A stretch of DNA of 64,000 nt from Octopus vulgaris (GCA_951406725.2 OX597839.1:27032001-27096000), one strand, 5' to 3'. Positions 1-13,044 are shown, counted from the first letter of the stretch. The notes: generated from the letters alone by a model not told the origin. Numbers and translations are program-made.

Positions 1-256
1 TGGAGATATTCAGCGTGACAGAGAGTGACAAGGCCGGCCCTTTTGAAATACAGGTACAACAGAAACAGGAAGTAAGAGTGAGAGAAAGTTGTGGTGAAAG
101 AGTACAGCAGGGATCACCACCACCCCCTGCCGGAGCCTCGTGGAGCTTTAGGTGTTTTCGCTCAATAAACACTCACAACGCCCGGTCTGGGAATCGAAAC
201 CGCGATCCTACGACCGCGAGTCCGCTGCCCTAACCACTGGGCCATTGCGCCTCCAC
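1..256 (-). mobile_element. tRNA-derived SINE family A, cut by window start
   Basis: Reverse complement begins GGAGGCGCAATGGCCCAGTGGTTAGGGCAGCGGACTCGCGGTCGTAGGATCGCGGTTTCGATTCCC (pol III A/B-box head); near-identical to other family A copies in the window. Confidence 0.9.
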
Positions 257-489
257 AGCCACCAAATGACGATCGTGGTGTTAATGGTAACGGTTTCAAT
301 ATTAAGGCTGGAAGATAGAATCGTCCCCCCCCCCCTGGTACTTTATTTCATCGACTACAGAAGGTTAAAACGCCAAGTTGGTCTCGGTTGGATTTGAATT
401 ACCGCAAGGTATATGGTCCCACGCCCAAACAAATCTGCCTTTGATGATGTTTCGGTTGAGTCAGTGCCGACCTAGGGTTAAACGGGTCC

Positions 490-1055
490 CACGATTCTCA
501 GATGCTTTGGATCAACAGCTTCCTATCAGATAAGATAGATTTGTGGTCAAATGTGTTTATGACACATCGTAAATGGCGTCTCCCACAGATGTTGTTTACT
601 TTGGTTTTTAACCGAAATACATAAACAAAATGGATCTTTTGTGACGAGACGAGCACTTCACCAGATGAACCTAGTACTTCAACTGGTAAACAAGCAAAGC
701 TTAGACACTTTACAGTTGAGGACATTTATTCTTTGGACGAAGAGGTTCGCTTACGCAGACAATGAATCTGTTGAAAGTGGTGAGGAAAGTCGCAATTTGG
801 GTGAACAACTACGGTAGTTAAAAGAGAAGGGCCTATTATTGCTATTCTTCTGAATTTTTTTCTGTGTCTATGTCCATTAGCTCTCCCTGCAATGAACAAA
901 CATGGAGGTTAAGAGATGGGACTAGCATAGTTTATTCCCACGAATTATTTTTACGATTCTGTCCGTTAGTTTGTTTGCTATCATTACTCATGAGCCGTGA
1001 ATGCAACTATTTTTTCCTTTTGACTTAGGAACCCATGTTAATCTGAGAGGGTTAA
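490..1055 (+). mobile_element. Possible degenerate piggyBac-like fragment
   Basis: Ends GAGGGTTAA; broken acidic Ser-rich frame (DETSTSPDEPSTSTGKQAKLRHFTVEDIYSLDEE...DNESVESGEES) like piggyBac N-termini; left end unclear. Confidence 0.3.
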
Positions 1056-1108
1056 TCTGCAACAGTTTAAACAAAACATTAATGGTATCAATACCACAGT
1101 GGTTAAGT

Positions 1109-1337
1109 GCGGCGAGCTGGCAGAGTGGTTAGCACGCCGGGCAAAATGCTTAGCGGTATTTCGTCTGCGTTACGTTGTGAGTTCAAATTCCGCCGAGGTC
1201 GACTTTGCCTTTCATCCTTTCGGGGTCGATAAATTAAGTACCAGTTACGCACTGGGGTCGATGTAATCGACTTAATACCTATGTCTGTCCTTGTTTGTCC
1301 CCTCTGTGTTTAGCCCCTTGTGGGTAATAAAGAAATA
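1109..1337 (+). mobile_element. SINE family C (Deu/Nin-like core, tail type 1)
   Basis: GCGGCGAGCTGGCAGA head, GAGTTCAAATTCC B-box, GCCTTTCATCCTTTCGGGGTCGATAAATTAAGTACCAG core; flanking duplication GGTATCAATACCAC at 1084 and 1338. Confidence 0.85.
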
Positions 1338-1479
1338 GGTATCAATACCACCGGACTTTGGGCCTTAAAGTCCACATTATCCAACGTGGATTCCTTTTCT
1401 TAAGAGCACACTCTTTGGTTCAAGAGAAATTTGGTCGCTGTCATTAAAAGATCAACAGACGATTGGATTGGAAGAATCA

Positions 1480-2310
1480 TTAAACTGTTGGACAAAATGC
1501 CTTGTGGTATTTATACGAATCCCACCAAGGTCAACTTTGTCTTCCATCCTTTGAAGATAGGTGAGATGGCAGAATCGTTCTGAGCTCAAATCCTTCCGCA
1601 GTCGCTCTTGCCTTTCATCTCTGCGGAACCGATAAAATAAAGTATCAGTCAAGTCTCGTAGTTAATGGCCTCACCTGAACCCCTACCCTCAACACTGCAG
1701 TTCTTGTGCTAATACTCCTTCTACTACAAGGCGGCGAACTGGCAGAATCGTTACCGCGCTGGGCGAAATGCTCAGCGGCATTTACGTTCTGAGTTCAAAT
1801 TCCGTCAGGGTCCACCTTAACCTCTCTTCACTTTCGGAGTCGATTAAATAAACACCAGTTGAGCTGTAGGATCGATATAAGCGACGAACGTCCTCCGCCG
1901 AAGCTTCGGGTCTTGTGCCCCTAAGCAGAAGGGACCATTAAATGCGGTGAACTGGCAGAAACGTTAGGACGCCGGGCGAAATGCTTAGTGGCAGTTCGTC
2001 CGTCTTTACGTTTTGAGTTCAAATTCCACCGCGGTCGACTTTGCCTTTCATCCGTACGAGATCGATAAAATGAGTACCAGTTGAGCACTGGGGTCGATGT
2101 GATCGCCTTTACCCCGTCCCCTTAAATAGATGGCCTTTTGCCAAAATTTGAAGCCAGTATCGTTTCTACTATAGGAACAAAGCTTGAAATTTTGGGGTAA
2201 GGGTTTAAGTCGATTATATCGACCCCAGTATTAAAGGGATTCATATTTTATTGACCCCGAAACGATGAAAAGCAAAGTTGACCTGGATGGGGTTTGAACT
2301 CGGAACGTGA
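1480..2310. mobile_element. Cluster of older family C copies on both strands
   Basis: Degenerate GGCGAACTGGCAGAA / GAGTTCAAATTCC / GTCGACTTTGCCTTTCATCC motifs at about 1730 and 1945 (+) and 2165-2310 (-). Confidence 0.75.
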
Positions 2311-2357
2311 CGCATCGGAATCCTTCTCCCTGCACCTGAAGTAGAAACGATTATTAG

Positions 2358-2680
2358 CAGGTCATGTGACCCCATAAGACGTCACTCATTGGTTCGTCTC
2401 CTTGTTTTATTCTTTGTTCATTTCGCTTGTCTTTTCTGTTTTCGTTGTGAAGAGGCAAAAAATAAGGTCGATAACCAGGACGACTTAGCCTCACTCTGGA
2501 TTGCTGCACTTTACCGGAAGTTACCGGAAATTACGCACAACAAACAAACAAAGAAGAGAATAAAGGAATAAAAACAACAAAACAAACAAACGATCCACTT
2601 GTTGTTGTTATTGTTGATCATAAAATGAAGGATTTTATCCGAGGACATAATCACTTTTGTATATTATTACACTTCCGGTT
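2358..2680. promoter_or_regulatory. Candidate promoter motif cluster
   Basis: GTCATGTGAC E-box, GACGTCA CRE-like, ATTGG (CCAAT), tandem TTACCGGAAG-TTACCGGAAA ETS sites, and ACTTCCGG near 2670, all in non-repeat DNA. Confidence 0.4.
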
Positions 2681-2918
2681 TTTCACAAACATCGTTCTTT
2701 TATCGGTTGTTCGTGTTTCACTTATTATTTCTTTCTATCTTTGTTTCTTTCTTTCTTTCTTTCTTCCTATTTTGGTTGAGTCGTTAAAGCACCGAGGACG
2801 AAATGCCTTGTGGTATGTGATATTCATTCCAACTTCCAGCGTTCTGAGTTCAGATTCCGTTGAGGTTAAAACTTTTCCTTCCGTCTTTCCGGAGTCAATA
2901 AATTAAGAACGAAGTGGA

Positions 2919-3314
2919 ACGAGTTCCATCAGGGCAATGCTCCCGCACGGCAAATCCTTGGTTTCCGATGGCTGATGCGCGTGACTAAGACTTCGAGCTG
3001 GTTGGTCAATCCCTTTATTCTCCTGATTTGGCCTCATCTGACTATCATCTGATCCCCAACATGAAAAAAAACCCCCAAAAAACCTCTTGGCTGGAAACGA
3101 ATATCGCAGTGATGATGACATCATGTCTGCTGTTGATGACTTTTTTGAACCAACAAGATGAAGGTTTCTTCGCCAGTAGGATCCAAACACGGCCACACCG
3201 ATGGAAGAAGTGTGTGGGCCGCAAGGTGGGGACTATGTTGAAAAATAAACCATATTTGGTGATATTCTATGAGAGTATCTTGGTCACCCTATGAACTTCT
3301 CCGCCGACCCCTGT
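2919..3314 (+). pseudogene. Mariner transposase C-terminal remnant
   Basis: Frameshifted FHQGNAPA...YSPDLASSDYHLIPNMKK...HRWKKCV...GDYVEK* matches the mariner YSPDLAPSDY and RWxKCV...GDYVEK motifs. Confidence 0.85.
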
Positions 3315-3811
3315 GGGACTGTGAACTAGCAGAACCTTAGAGTGGTATTTATTTGGGGTCTTTGCATTCCGAGTTCAAATCACTCACAGGTTTAATCCCT
3401 CTCCCGGTTTTACACCGCCATCTTGAGAGACTTTGTCGGAGTCTTCCTCCTGTTGGAAGTATTTGGACAAGGTCTCTGGTTATAGGGGGTCTTAGTCCCT
3501 CTCTACTTTCCCTAGTCTTGGAGACCCTGATAAAGATCACGAATATTACCCTGCCCCCTTCATCCCTCTTCTTCCCCTTTTCCCCATGTGACACGCCAAC
3601 AGACATCAGCAATCACGGGTCTCCATACAAAACACACAATTGAATTGCTTAATAGAAGTTATTTCTCTTAATTATATACATATATTATATATTGTGAAAT
3701 TTGATTTAGTATTGCTAAATTGAATTTTTCCCTATAAGTTTGGAATTTTATATTCCCTACTATTAATAATAATAATAATGATAATAATAATAATACATAT
3801 ATATACATAAT

Positions 3812-3974
3812 AGGCACAGGTGTGGCTGGGTGGTAAGAGGCTTGCTTACCAACCACATGGTTCCTGGTTCTGTCCCACTGCGTGGCACCTTGGGCAAATG
3901 TCTCCTATTATAGCCTCGGGCTAACCAAAGCCTTGTGAGTGGATTTGGTAGACAGAAACTGAAAGAAGCCTGTC

Positions 3975-4056
<82 letters not shown>

Positions 4057-4268
4057 ACACGCGTGTTTGTGTCTGTGTTTGTCTCTCCATCATCACTTGA
4101 CAACCGATGTTGGTGTGTTTACGTTCCCGTAACTTAGCGGTTCGACAAAAGGGAACGATAGAATAAGTACCAGGCTTACAAAGAATAAGTTCTGGGGTCG
4201 ATTTGTTCGACTAAAGGTGGTGCTCCGGCATGGCCGCAGTCAAATGACTGAAACAAGTAAAAGAATAA
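3812..4268 (+). mobile_element. SINE family B with internal (TA)n
   Basis: tRNA-like head, CACCTTGGGCAA CORE-like motif, internal microsatellite, GCAGTCAAATGACTGAAACAAGTAAAAG tail. Confidence 0.85.
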
Positions 4269-4664
4269 ACCATACACACATACAGAGGCACACAGAAAGG
4301 CACACACACACACTCACATACATACACAGACACAAAAGCACACACACGCACAGAGGCACACACACATACACATATACGTCGGGATTCTTTCAGTTTCCAT
4401 TTACGAAATCCACTCAAAAGGCTTTGGTCAACCCTGGCCAAGGTGCCACGCAGTGGGATTGAACCCGGGACAATGTGTGCGTGTGTGTGTGTGTGTGTTT
4501 GTGTATGATAGGCTTCCCCGCAGTTTCCGCCCACCACATTCATTGGCAAGGTGTTGGTCGGCCGAGGGCGTTGGTAGGAGACACTTGCTGAAGGTGAAGC
4601 ACGGTGAGAGTGAAACCGGAACCACGGTGTTGCGAAGCGAACTCCATAACCACTTAGCCATGCC

Positions 4665-5126
4665 CGCACACACGCACACATACACACATGCACACACACG
4701 CACAAACACAAGCACACACGCACTCACACACAGACGCACACATGCACACTCACACCCACACATACGAACACGCACATGCACAAACATACACGCACACATA
4801 CACATGTACACGTGCTCACACACACAGACGCACATACATGTACACACATACACGCACACATACACACACACGCATACACACACACGCATACGCACACATA
4901 CACACACACATACACACACATACGCATACACACACATGCATGTACACACATACGCGTACACATACGCGCACACACACATACACAACCCTGCACACACACA
5001 TGCGCACCCACATACACACATATGCACAAACACACACACATACACGCACACACACACGCACACACACACGCACAGACGTACACGGCAACGACTACAGCAG
5101 CAACAACAACAACGACGACGACGACG

Positions 5127-5174
<48 letters not shown>

Positions 5175-5195
5175 GCAACAACAACAACAATGACA
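4665..5195. repeat. Degenerate (CA)n followed by (CAA)n
   Basis: Direct reading. Confidence 0.95.
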
Positions 5196-6262
5196 ATAAC
5201 AATACCAGCAACACCTCCAGCAGCAGCAGCCGTTCAAAAATTTGGACCTGGAGATCTCCATTTCCAGCGACTTTGAGGGCCACCTCCCTGTGGTGTCGGG
5301 TGTCAACGAAGAGTCCTCGACTACAACAAGACGACCAAAGTTTTTTTTTTCCAAGGTCTGGGGTCTCCCGCCTCCCCTAAGCCCTAGACCATCACCTAAT
5401 CACCCTTACCCATCTTGTTGCTTAACAACAACAATACCAGCAACAGCAACAACAACCCCGATTTCTCCACAAAGAAGAACAACAACATTATCACCACAAG
5501 AAGCCATGGCAGCCATATTTCATTTAATACGAAGAATTCCCTCCACCACCAGAAAAAAAAAGAAAGAAAGGAAAAACAAAACAAAAAAAGGAAACGAACG
5601 AAGAATGGTTTTCTACATTACCAGAGATCGATGTCAAAATATTCTTCAGTTTATAAAATATATTCTTGGCTGGAGAAGTTAAGCGAAGCACTTCTTGTGG
5701 ATCGCTTCTCAGAGAGTCTCAACTGTTCTTTGGAACGGAACGTAACGGAATGGAATCACAGCGCAAATCTAACAGGAAGCGATTGCAAATATAATTCTAG
5801 ATACAGATATAAACAAACATATATAGGCTATAAATATATATACTTACATACCCACTGCCTATCCTGTCCAACGGAGGCGAAGGTTAAAGATTCGAAATGT
5901 CCCTAAGTCACGTGACCAGAATGTGTGGCCTACGTCAAGCACACTGAGACATTGTGTGCCAGACGATAAATACGGAGGCGGACAAGAGGTTTTGTCATGG
6001 GACAACCGGATGTATTACGCGTTGTCACGTTGACACACCGGAGAAGCGATACGCATCCCGCCATCCATCCGAACATGCATACATGCATGCGTACATACAT
6101 ACATATATACATACATATATACAATCATACATACATGCATACATACATACATACACACACACACATACACACATACATACATACATACACACATACATAC
6201 ACACATACATACATACACACATACAAACAGAAAGAAAACCGAAAACAGATTTCTTGCATTCT

Positions 6263-6296
<34 letters not shown>

Positions 6297-6995
6297 GGGG
6301 AGAGGGAGAGAGGGAGAGAGAGAAAGAGAGACCCATTTACCTTACACCCGTTTACGTTCAAATATTTATTTCGTTTCTCGACACTTGTCCATTCAAACGC
6401 ACCCATGCACCCCCCCCTTTTTGGTACTCTGTTATAACTGTGAGATTCCAGCTGACCCGATCAGTGGTTGAGTATTCCACAGGCACGCGTACCGTCGACG
6501 TAGTTCTCAAGGCATGTATGTATGTATGTATACATACATGTATACATACATACATGTATACATTTATAGATGTATATATGCACGAGTGTAAAATGTATAT
6601 ATTATGTATGTGTATGCATGTATGGATATATATATATGTATATCCGTAAGTATGCACCTAAAACATAACTGTACCGAATGACCCCTGGTGACTGTTGAAT
6701 CTGATGACACGATCCGGGAGTGTCACACTCGAGACGAGAGCCAGCTGTCGGCAGAATCAGGCGACTATCACACAACTTCATCTTAAGTGTTGCTCACATC
6801 TCTTGCTAATTCACCAGACGCAATGAATGGTCAACAACCGGCGCCATTGGATCATTGAACTAGTTTTATTTGTCTCGTTCTCTGTAGATCTTATTGTTGT
6901 AGTTGTTTGCGTCACTATCCGCCTGTTGTTGCTTGTTCGTTTGTTTGTTTGTTTGTTTGTTGAACGAAGCGGTTTTCGTCCCATGTCTGTAGTGG

Positions 6996-7922
6996 GAGAA
7001 GTCCGAAACGTATGCACCCGCAGAAGAGAAAGCAGGTCAACCCCCCCGACACCGAGAGCATGGTCGGATGGATGAATGCGCATCCAGGCTCAGCGTAGGA
7101 AGTCGGGGGACAAGAAACAGGAAGAAAGAGTGAGAGGAAGTTGGGGCGAAAGAGTACAACAGGGGTCGCCACCACCCCTGCGGAGCGGTCGAGAAGTCCG
7201 AAACGTGGTCCTTTGCTATTCGTAAGACCCGCAGAAGAGAAAGCAGGTCCCCCCCCCCGACACCGAGAGCATGGTCGGATGGATGAATGCGCATCCAGGC
7301 TCAGCGTAGGAAGTCGGGGGACAAAAACAGGAAGAAAGAGTGAGAGGAAGTTGGGGCGAAAGAGTACAACAGGGGTCGCCACCACCCTGCGGAGCGGTCG
7401 AGAAGTCCGAAACGTGGTCCTTTGCTATTCGTAAGACCCGCAGAAGAGAAAGCAGGTCACCCCCGACACCGAGAGCATGGTCGGATGGATGAATGCGCAT
7501 CCAGGCTCAGCGTAGGAAGTCGGGGGACAAGAAACAGGAAGAAAGAGTGAGAGGAAGTTGGGGCGAAAGAGTACAACAGGGGTCGCCACCACCCCTGCGG
7601 AGCGGTCGAGAAGTCCGAAACGTGGTCCTTTGCTATTCGTAAGACCCGCAGAAGAGAAAGAAGGTCAACCCCCCGACACCGAGAGCATAGTCGGATGACT
7701 GAATGCGCATCCAGGCTCAGCGTAGGAAGTCGGGGACAAGAAACGGGAAGAAAGAGTGAGAGGAAGTTGGAGCGAAAGAGTACAACAGGGGTCGCCACCA
7801 CCTCTGCGGAGCTTTAGGTATTTTCGCTCAATAAACATACACAACGCTCGGTCTGGGAATCGAAACCGTGATCCTCCGACCGCGAGTCCGCTACCCTAAC
7901 CATTGGGCCATTGCGCCTCCAC
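6996..7922 (-). mobile_element. Family A-related SINE: one head plus four tandem body/tail units of about 208 bp
   Basis: Head at 7815-7922; GAGAAGTCCGAAAC recurs at 6996, 7191, 7400 and 7608; tail differs from ordinary family A. Confidence 0.9.
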
Positions 7923-8124
7923 TGTTGTTGCTGTGGTGGTGGTCGTGGTAGTACACGTATTCAACTAGTATTTACTTAATCATTTAAAAATTTACGTAAC
8001 AAATCAATCTAATCGATATGGCAGTGCCCCAACATGGCCGCAGCTTTTCGAGATGAAACTATTCGAAAAAAACCCCCCAAAAACCCCAGATTTTCTGACT
8101 AATTATTCATCTTATTATAAAAGA

Positions 8125-8522
8125 CTAGCAGTATCGCCCGGCGTTGCTCGGGTTTGTGAGGGAAATAACTATATAAGCATTTTTAGATAGTTATAGCCAA
8201 AAAATAGCAAAAAAATGCATTAAAATGGAAAAAAATTATGGTAATTTTTTTTTTAAATCGTTGACTCATCGTAGACATTTTTAGAGAGTTACTTCCCTTA
8301 TATAATAGCGAAAAAATGCATTAAAGTGGAAAAAATGATGGTAAATTATTTTAAAAATCGTAGACTCATCGTAGACGCGCGCTAATACCCAGAAGGGCTC
8401 GATATGAATCACGACTATAAGATACCCGAATTTGGTTAAACTGCACCGCAAAATGTGGGAGTAGTTAGGAATCTAAATCGTAGGAGACAGACAGCACACA
8501 ACCTCACTTTTATTTATAAAGA
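8125..8522 (-). mobile_element. Non-autonomous Helitron
   Basis: Minus strand reads A|TCTTTAT...CCCGAGCAACGCCGGG hairpin...CTAG|T: 5' TC, subterminal hairpin, 3' CTAG, A/T insertion site, no TSD. Confidence 0.85.
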
Positions 8523-8712
8523 TTTGTTTTCTAACAAATAAATTAAATTAACAAATGTTGATATAAATATTAAATTTTATTAATAAAAACCAAACGCAAA
8601 CTTATTCTAGGTTAAGAATCAAATACGTGATTAATAAATTTACAATAATAAACCTGTATTTATTAATTATGTCTGTACTTGAAACAAAATAATTACATAT
8701 TTGCGCAGGCGG

Positions 8713-8994
8713 GGTGGTGGTGGTGGTGGTGGTGGTGGTGGTGGTGGTGGTGGTGGTGGTGGTGGTGGTGTGGTGGTGGTGGTGGTGGTGGTGGTGGTGG
8801 TGGTGGTGGTGGTGGTGGTAGTGATGATGATGGTGGTGGTGGTGGTGGTGGTAGTGGTGGTGATGATGATGATGATGATGCGAGTGAGAGATCGTCGAAA
8901 CAGCTGAACCAATCATAATCCTTAAATTTGTACGGGAGAGTTCCATGAAGACCTTCACGAAGAAGTTAATGTTTTTTTCTTAAATTGATTGTTT

Positions 8995-9072
<78 letters not shown>

Positions 9073-9694
9073 GAGAGATTTGAACTCGGGATCGGTTGAT
9101 GACTGACTGAATTCGTTTCAGATCCATTTACCTTCTGTTACACCATTTGTTGCTGATGTTATTGATTTGTCCTTCTTCTTCTCCTCCTCCTCCTTCTTCT
9201 TCTTCTTCTTCTTCTTCTTCTTCTTCTTCTTCTTCTTCTTCTTCTTCTTCATTCTTCTTCTTCTTCTTCTTCTTCTTCTTCTCCTTCTCCTCCTTCTTCT
9301 TCATTTTCTTCTTCTCCTTCTTCTTCTTCTCCTCCTCCTCCTCCTCCTCCTCCTTCTTCTTCTTCTTCTCCTTCTCCTCCTCCTCCTCCTCCTTCTTCTT
9401 CTTCTTCTTCTTCTTCTCCTTCCTTTTCCTCTTCTTGCTTCTTTCTTCTTCTTCTTCTTCTTCTCCTTCCTTTTCCTCTTCTTGCTTCTTTCTTCTTATT
9501 CATGTTTTTGCTGCTGTTATTTTACCTCCTCCTCCTCCTTTCTTCCTCCTCCTCTTTCTCCTCCTCCTTCATCATCATCGTCGTCGTCATCGTCAGAAAA
9601 ATGCTTTTTTAACAATTCAACATCTTAAAAAACATGAAACATCTTTGTCGACAAGAGAAAAAAACCCACCACCACCACCAGCACCACCACCACT

Positions 9695-9726
<32 letters not shown>

Positions 9727-9735
9727 CAACACTAT
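8713..9735. repeat. Microsatellite block: (GGT)n, (GA)n, (TTC/TCC)n, (CCA)n
   Basis: Direct reading. Confidence 0.95.
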
Positions 9736-10084
9736 GATCATTTAGAGTAACACCAATTATTGTCATCGTTTTAAGATGTTCGTTGGCTAATTAAAAGGAA
9801 CGCCTTAATAACCCAACCAATTAATTGATGTGTTTTTCAAGATGGCCGTTTTAGGCTGAAGTTTAAATGAAGAATTAATTTCAACGATGGAAAACCGATT
9901 TATAATCACTTGAAATCGTTTCAAAACAAGGTCGTGTACGGTATTTCGGTATTAATTTCCTGAGGAGGAACAAACAGAACTGGCGGAATCGTTAGCAACT
10001 GGATAAAATGCTGTCTTTACGTTCTGAGTTCAAGTTTGACAGAGGCCAACTTTGCCTGTCATCTTTTCGGGGTCAATATAAGAT

Positions 10085-10467
10085 GGAAGCACTCCGTCGG
10101 TTACGGCGACGAGGGTTCCGGTTGATCCGATCAACGGAACAGCCTGCTCGTGAAATTAACGTGTAAGTGGCTGAGCACTCCACAGACACGTGTACCCTTA
10201 ACGTAGTTCTCGGGGATATTCAGCGTGACACAGAGTGTGACAAGGCCGGCCCTTTGAAATACAGGTACAACAGAAACAGGAAGTAAGAGTGAGAGAAAGT
10301 TGTGGTGAAAGAGTACAGCAGGGATCACCACCATCCCCTGCCGGAGCCTCGTGGAGCTTTAGGTGTTTTCGCTCAATAAACACTCACAGCGCCCGGTCTG
10401 GGAATCGAAACTGCGATCCTACGACCGCGAGTCCGCTGCCCTAACCACTGGGCCATTGCGCCTCCAC
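10085..10467 (-). mobile_element. SINE family A, full length, inside an older family C copy
   Basis: Complete head-to-tail copy; family C core interrupted at about 10080 and resumed at about 10468. Confidence 0.9.
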
Positions 10468-10551
10468 TCGATATAAAATAGATACCAGCTGAACACTGAG
10501 GATGGCTGTAATCGACATATTCCTCCCTCACAAATTTCAGGCCTTGTGCAT

Positions 10552-11122
10552 CGGCGAGCTGGCAGAATCGTTAACATGCCGGACGAAAATGCTTAGCGGT
10601 ATTTCGTCTGTCGTTACGTTCTGAGTTCAAATTCCGTCGAGGTCGACTTTGCCTTTCATCCTTTCGGGGTCGATTAAATAAGTACCAGTTACGCACTGGG
10701 GTCGATATAATCGACTTAATCCCTTTGTCTGTCCTTGTTTGTCCTCTCTGTGTTTAGCCCCTTGTGGGTAATAAAGAAATTAGTATTTCGTCTGCCTTTA
10801 CGTTCTGAGTTCAAATTCCGTCGAGGTCGACTTTGCCTTTCATCCTTTCGGGGTCGATTAAATAAGTACCAGTTACGCACTGGGGTCGATATAATCGACT
10901 TAATCCCTTTGTTTGTCTTCTCTGTGTTTAGCCCCTTGTGGGTAGTAAAGAAATAGGTATTTCGTCTGCCTTTACGTTCTGAGTTCAAATTCCACCGAGG
11001 TCGACTTTGCTTTTCATTCTTTGGGGTCGATAGATTAATTAACAGTAAAACACTGGAGTCGATGTAATAGATTATCCTCCTCCTCCTCCAAATTTCAGGC
11101 TTTGTGCCTATAGTAGAAAAGA
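10552..11122 (+). mobile_element. Composite family C SINE (head, body-tail1 twice, body-tail2)
   Basis: GTATTTCGTCTG...GAGTTCAAATTCC body repeated three times behind a single head. Confidence 0.85.
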
Positions 11123-11565
11123 ATCATTAGCACGTCGGACAAGATGCTTAGCGGTATTTCCTACGGCTCTCTACGTTCTGAGTTCAAATCCTACCGATAT
11201 CAACTTTACCTTTATCGACCCTTGGAGGTCGATAAAATACATCAGTGAAATAAAAAAAAAATCCACTTCTTAAAATCGATCTCCGACGACATTTGAACTC
11301 AGAGCGCAAAGTCCTCTTACAGTTTTTTTTTCGATGATTCCCAGCCCCCCTATAAAATGCAGGATAAGTAACTTGGGAAACAAAATGACATACATTCGTG
11401 TACTGTAATTTCCAGACTATGAACCGCATAGCCCGTAGACCTGCAACCCCGAAGACCACAACTTAATCCGCGCAACACCCTATAGGGATACAGTAAATAC
11501 ACACGAAAAAAAAATGGGGAATCAGTCGATCAATTGGTTACAAAACAAACGAGAAACAAAAACAT

Positions 11566-11968
11566 AGGCGCAGGAGTGGCTGTGTGGTAGGTAGCTTGCT
11601 AACCAACCACATGGTTCCGGGTTCAGTCCCACTGCGTGGCATCTTGGACAAGTGTCTTCTGCTATAGCCCCGGGCCGACCAATGCCTTATGAGTGGATTT
11701 GGTAAACGGAAACTGAAAGAAGCCTGTCGTATATATGTATATATATATATATGTGTGTGTATGTGTTTGTGTGTTTGTCCCCCTAGCATTGCTTGACAAC
11801 CGATGCTGGTGTGTTTATGTCCCCGTTCGGCAAAAAGAGACCGATAGAATAAGTACTGGGCTTACAAAAGAATAAGTCCCGGGGTCCAGTTGCTCGACTA
11901 AAGGCGGTGCTCCAGCATGGCCGCAGTCAAATGACTGAAACAAGTAAAAGAGTAAAGAGAGTAAGAGT
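11566..11968 (+). mobile_element. SINE family B
   Basis: Full head, core and tail. Confidence 0.9.
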
Positions 11969-12199
11969 ATTCCGAAAATATACTGAAGATCTTGTATTTA
12001 TCCATTTATGCCCATCTAGCTGACAGAAAGCGCGGGTCAAACATCGAAAGCTATGGTCCTTAAGCTTTTGGTATCCCCTTCCCTTTTTGCCATATTTTGG
12101 GATGCTGTTCCTCCCCATTTGCAGCTCATTCCTCATATTCATTATCCAAGAGGTGCAGTTCAATCAATTTAGATATTTCCAGCAGAAGAATTGCAATAA

Positions 12200-12591
12200 C
12201 AGGAGTGGCTGTGTGGTAAGTAGCTTGCTTACCAACCACATGGTTTCGGGTTCAATCTCACTGCGTGTCACCTTGGGCAAGTGTCTTCTACTATAGCTTC
12301 AGGCCGACCAAAGCCTTGTGAGTGGATCTGGTGGACGGAAACTGAAAAGAAGCCCGTCGTATATATGTATATATGTGTATGTATATGTTTGTGTGTCTGT
12401 GTTTGTCCCCCCGACATCACTTGACAACCGATGCTGGTGTGTTTACGTCCCCGTCACTTAGCAGTTCGGCAAGAGAGACCGATAGAATAATCGCTAGGCT
12501 TACAAAGAATAAGTCCTGGGGTCAATTTGCTCGACTAAAGGCGGTGCTCCAGCATGGCCGCAGTCAAATGACTGAAACAAATAAAAGAATA
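12200..12591 (+). mobile_element. SINE family B
   Basis: Near-full copy; AATAACA at both junctions. Confidence 0.88.
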
Positions 12592-12666
12592 ACATCCCAA
12601 AATGCACAGCGGTTTCTGCCAATTGGACCCCTAGTATGCACGGAAAACCACAATTTTAGTAGAACC

Positions 12667-12895
12667 TATTTCTTTATTACCCACAAGGGGCTAAACATAG
12701 ATGGGACAAACAAGGACAGACATAGGTATTAAGTTGATTCCATCGACCCCAGTGCGTAACTGGTACTTAATTTATCGACCCCGAAAGGATGAAAGGCAAA
12801 GTCGACCTCGGCGGAATTTGAACTCACAGCGTAACGACAGACGAAATACGGCTACGCATTTCGCCCGGCGTGCTAACGTTTCTGCCAGCTCGCCT
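12667..12895 (-). mobile_element. SINE family C
   Basis: Full copy with duplication TTTAGTAGAACC at both ends. Confidence 0.88.
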
Positions 12896-13044
12896 TTAGT
12901 AGAACCATCCTCTCCTCCTCTTCCTCCTCTCCCGAAAGTAGCCCTTCCTCTTCCTGAATCCCTGATACAAAAATGGCAGCAGCAAAAAATTATATAAGAG
13001 ATAATTTATTTACAAAACGTAGACCATCTGTTATCTTATTTACA

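Noticed and set aside
3349-3643. ORFs resembling a LINE fragment
   Set aside because: No diagnostic RT or endonuclease motif that I can confirm
6700-6750. Hammerhead at CTGATGA
   Set aside because: No GAAA in register and stems I and III do not form
7178-7215. Hammerhead in the 208-bp tandem unit (CTGCGGA...GAAAC...GTC)
   Set aside because: Core deviates, stems I and II do not pair, and it is antisense to the SINE
10131-10334. Multi-copy small protein MVVIPAVLFHHNF (and the MSSNARGT ORFs)
   Set aside because: Incidental frames within SINE families A and B
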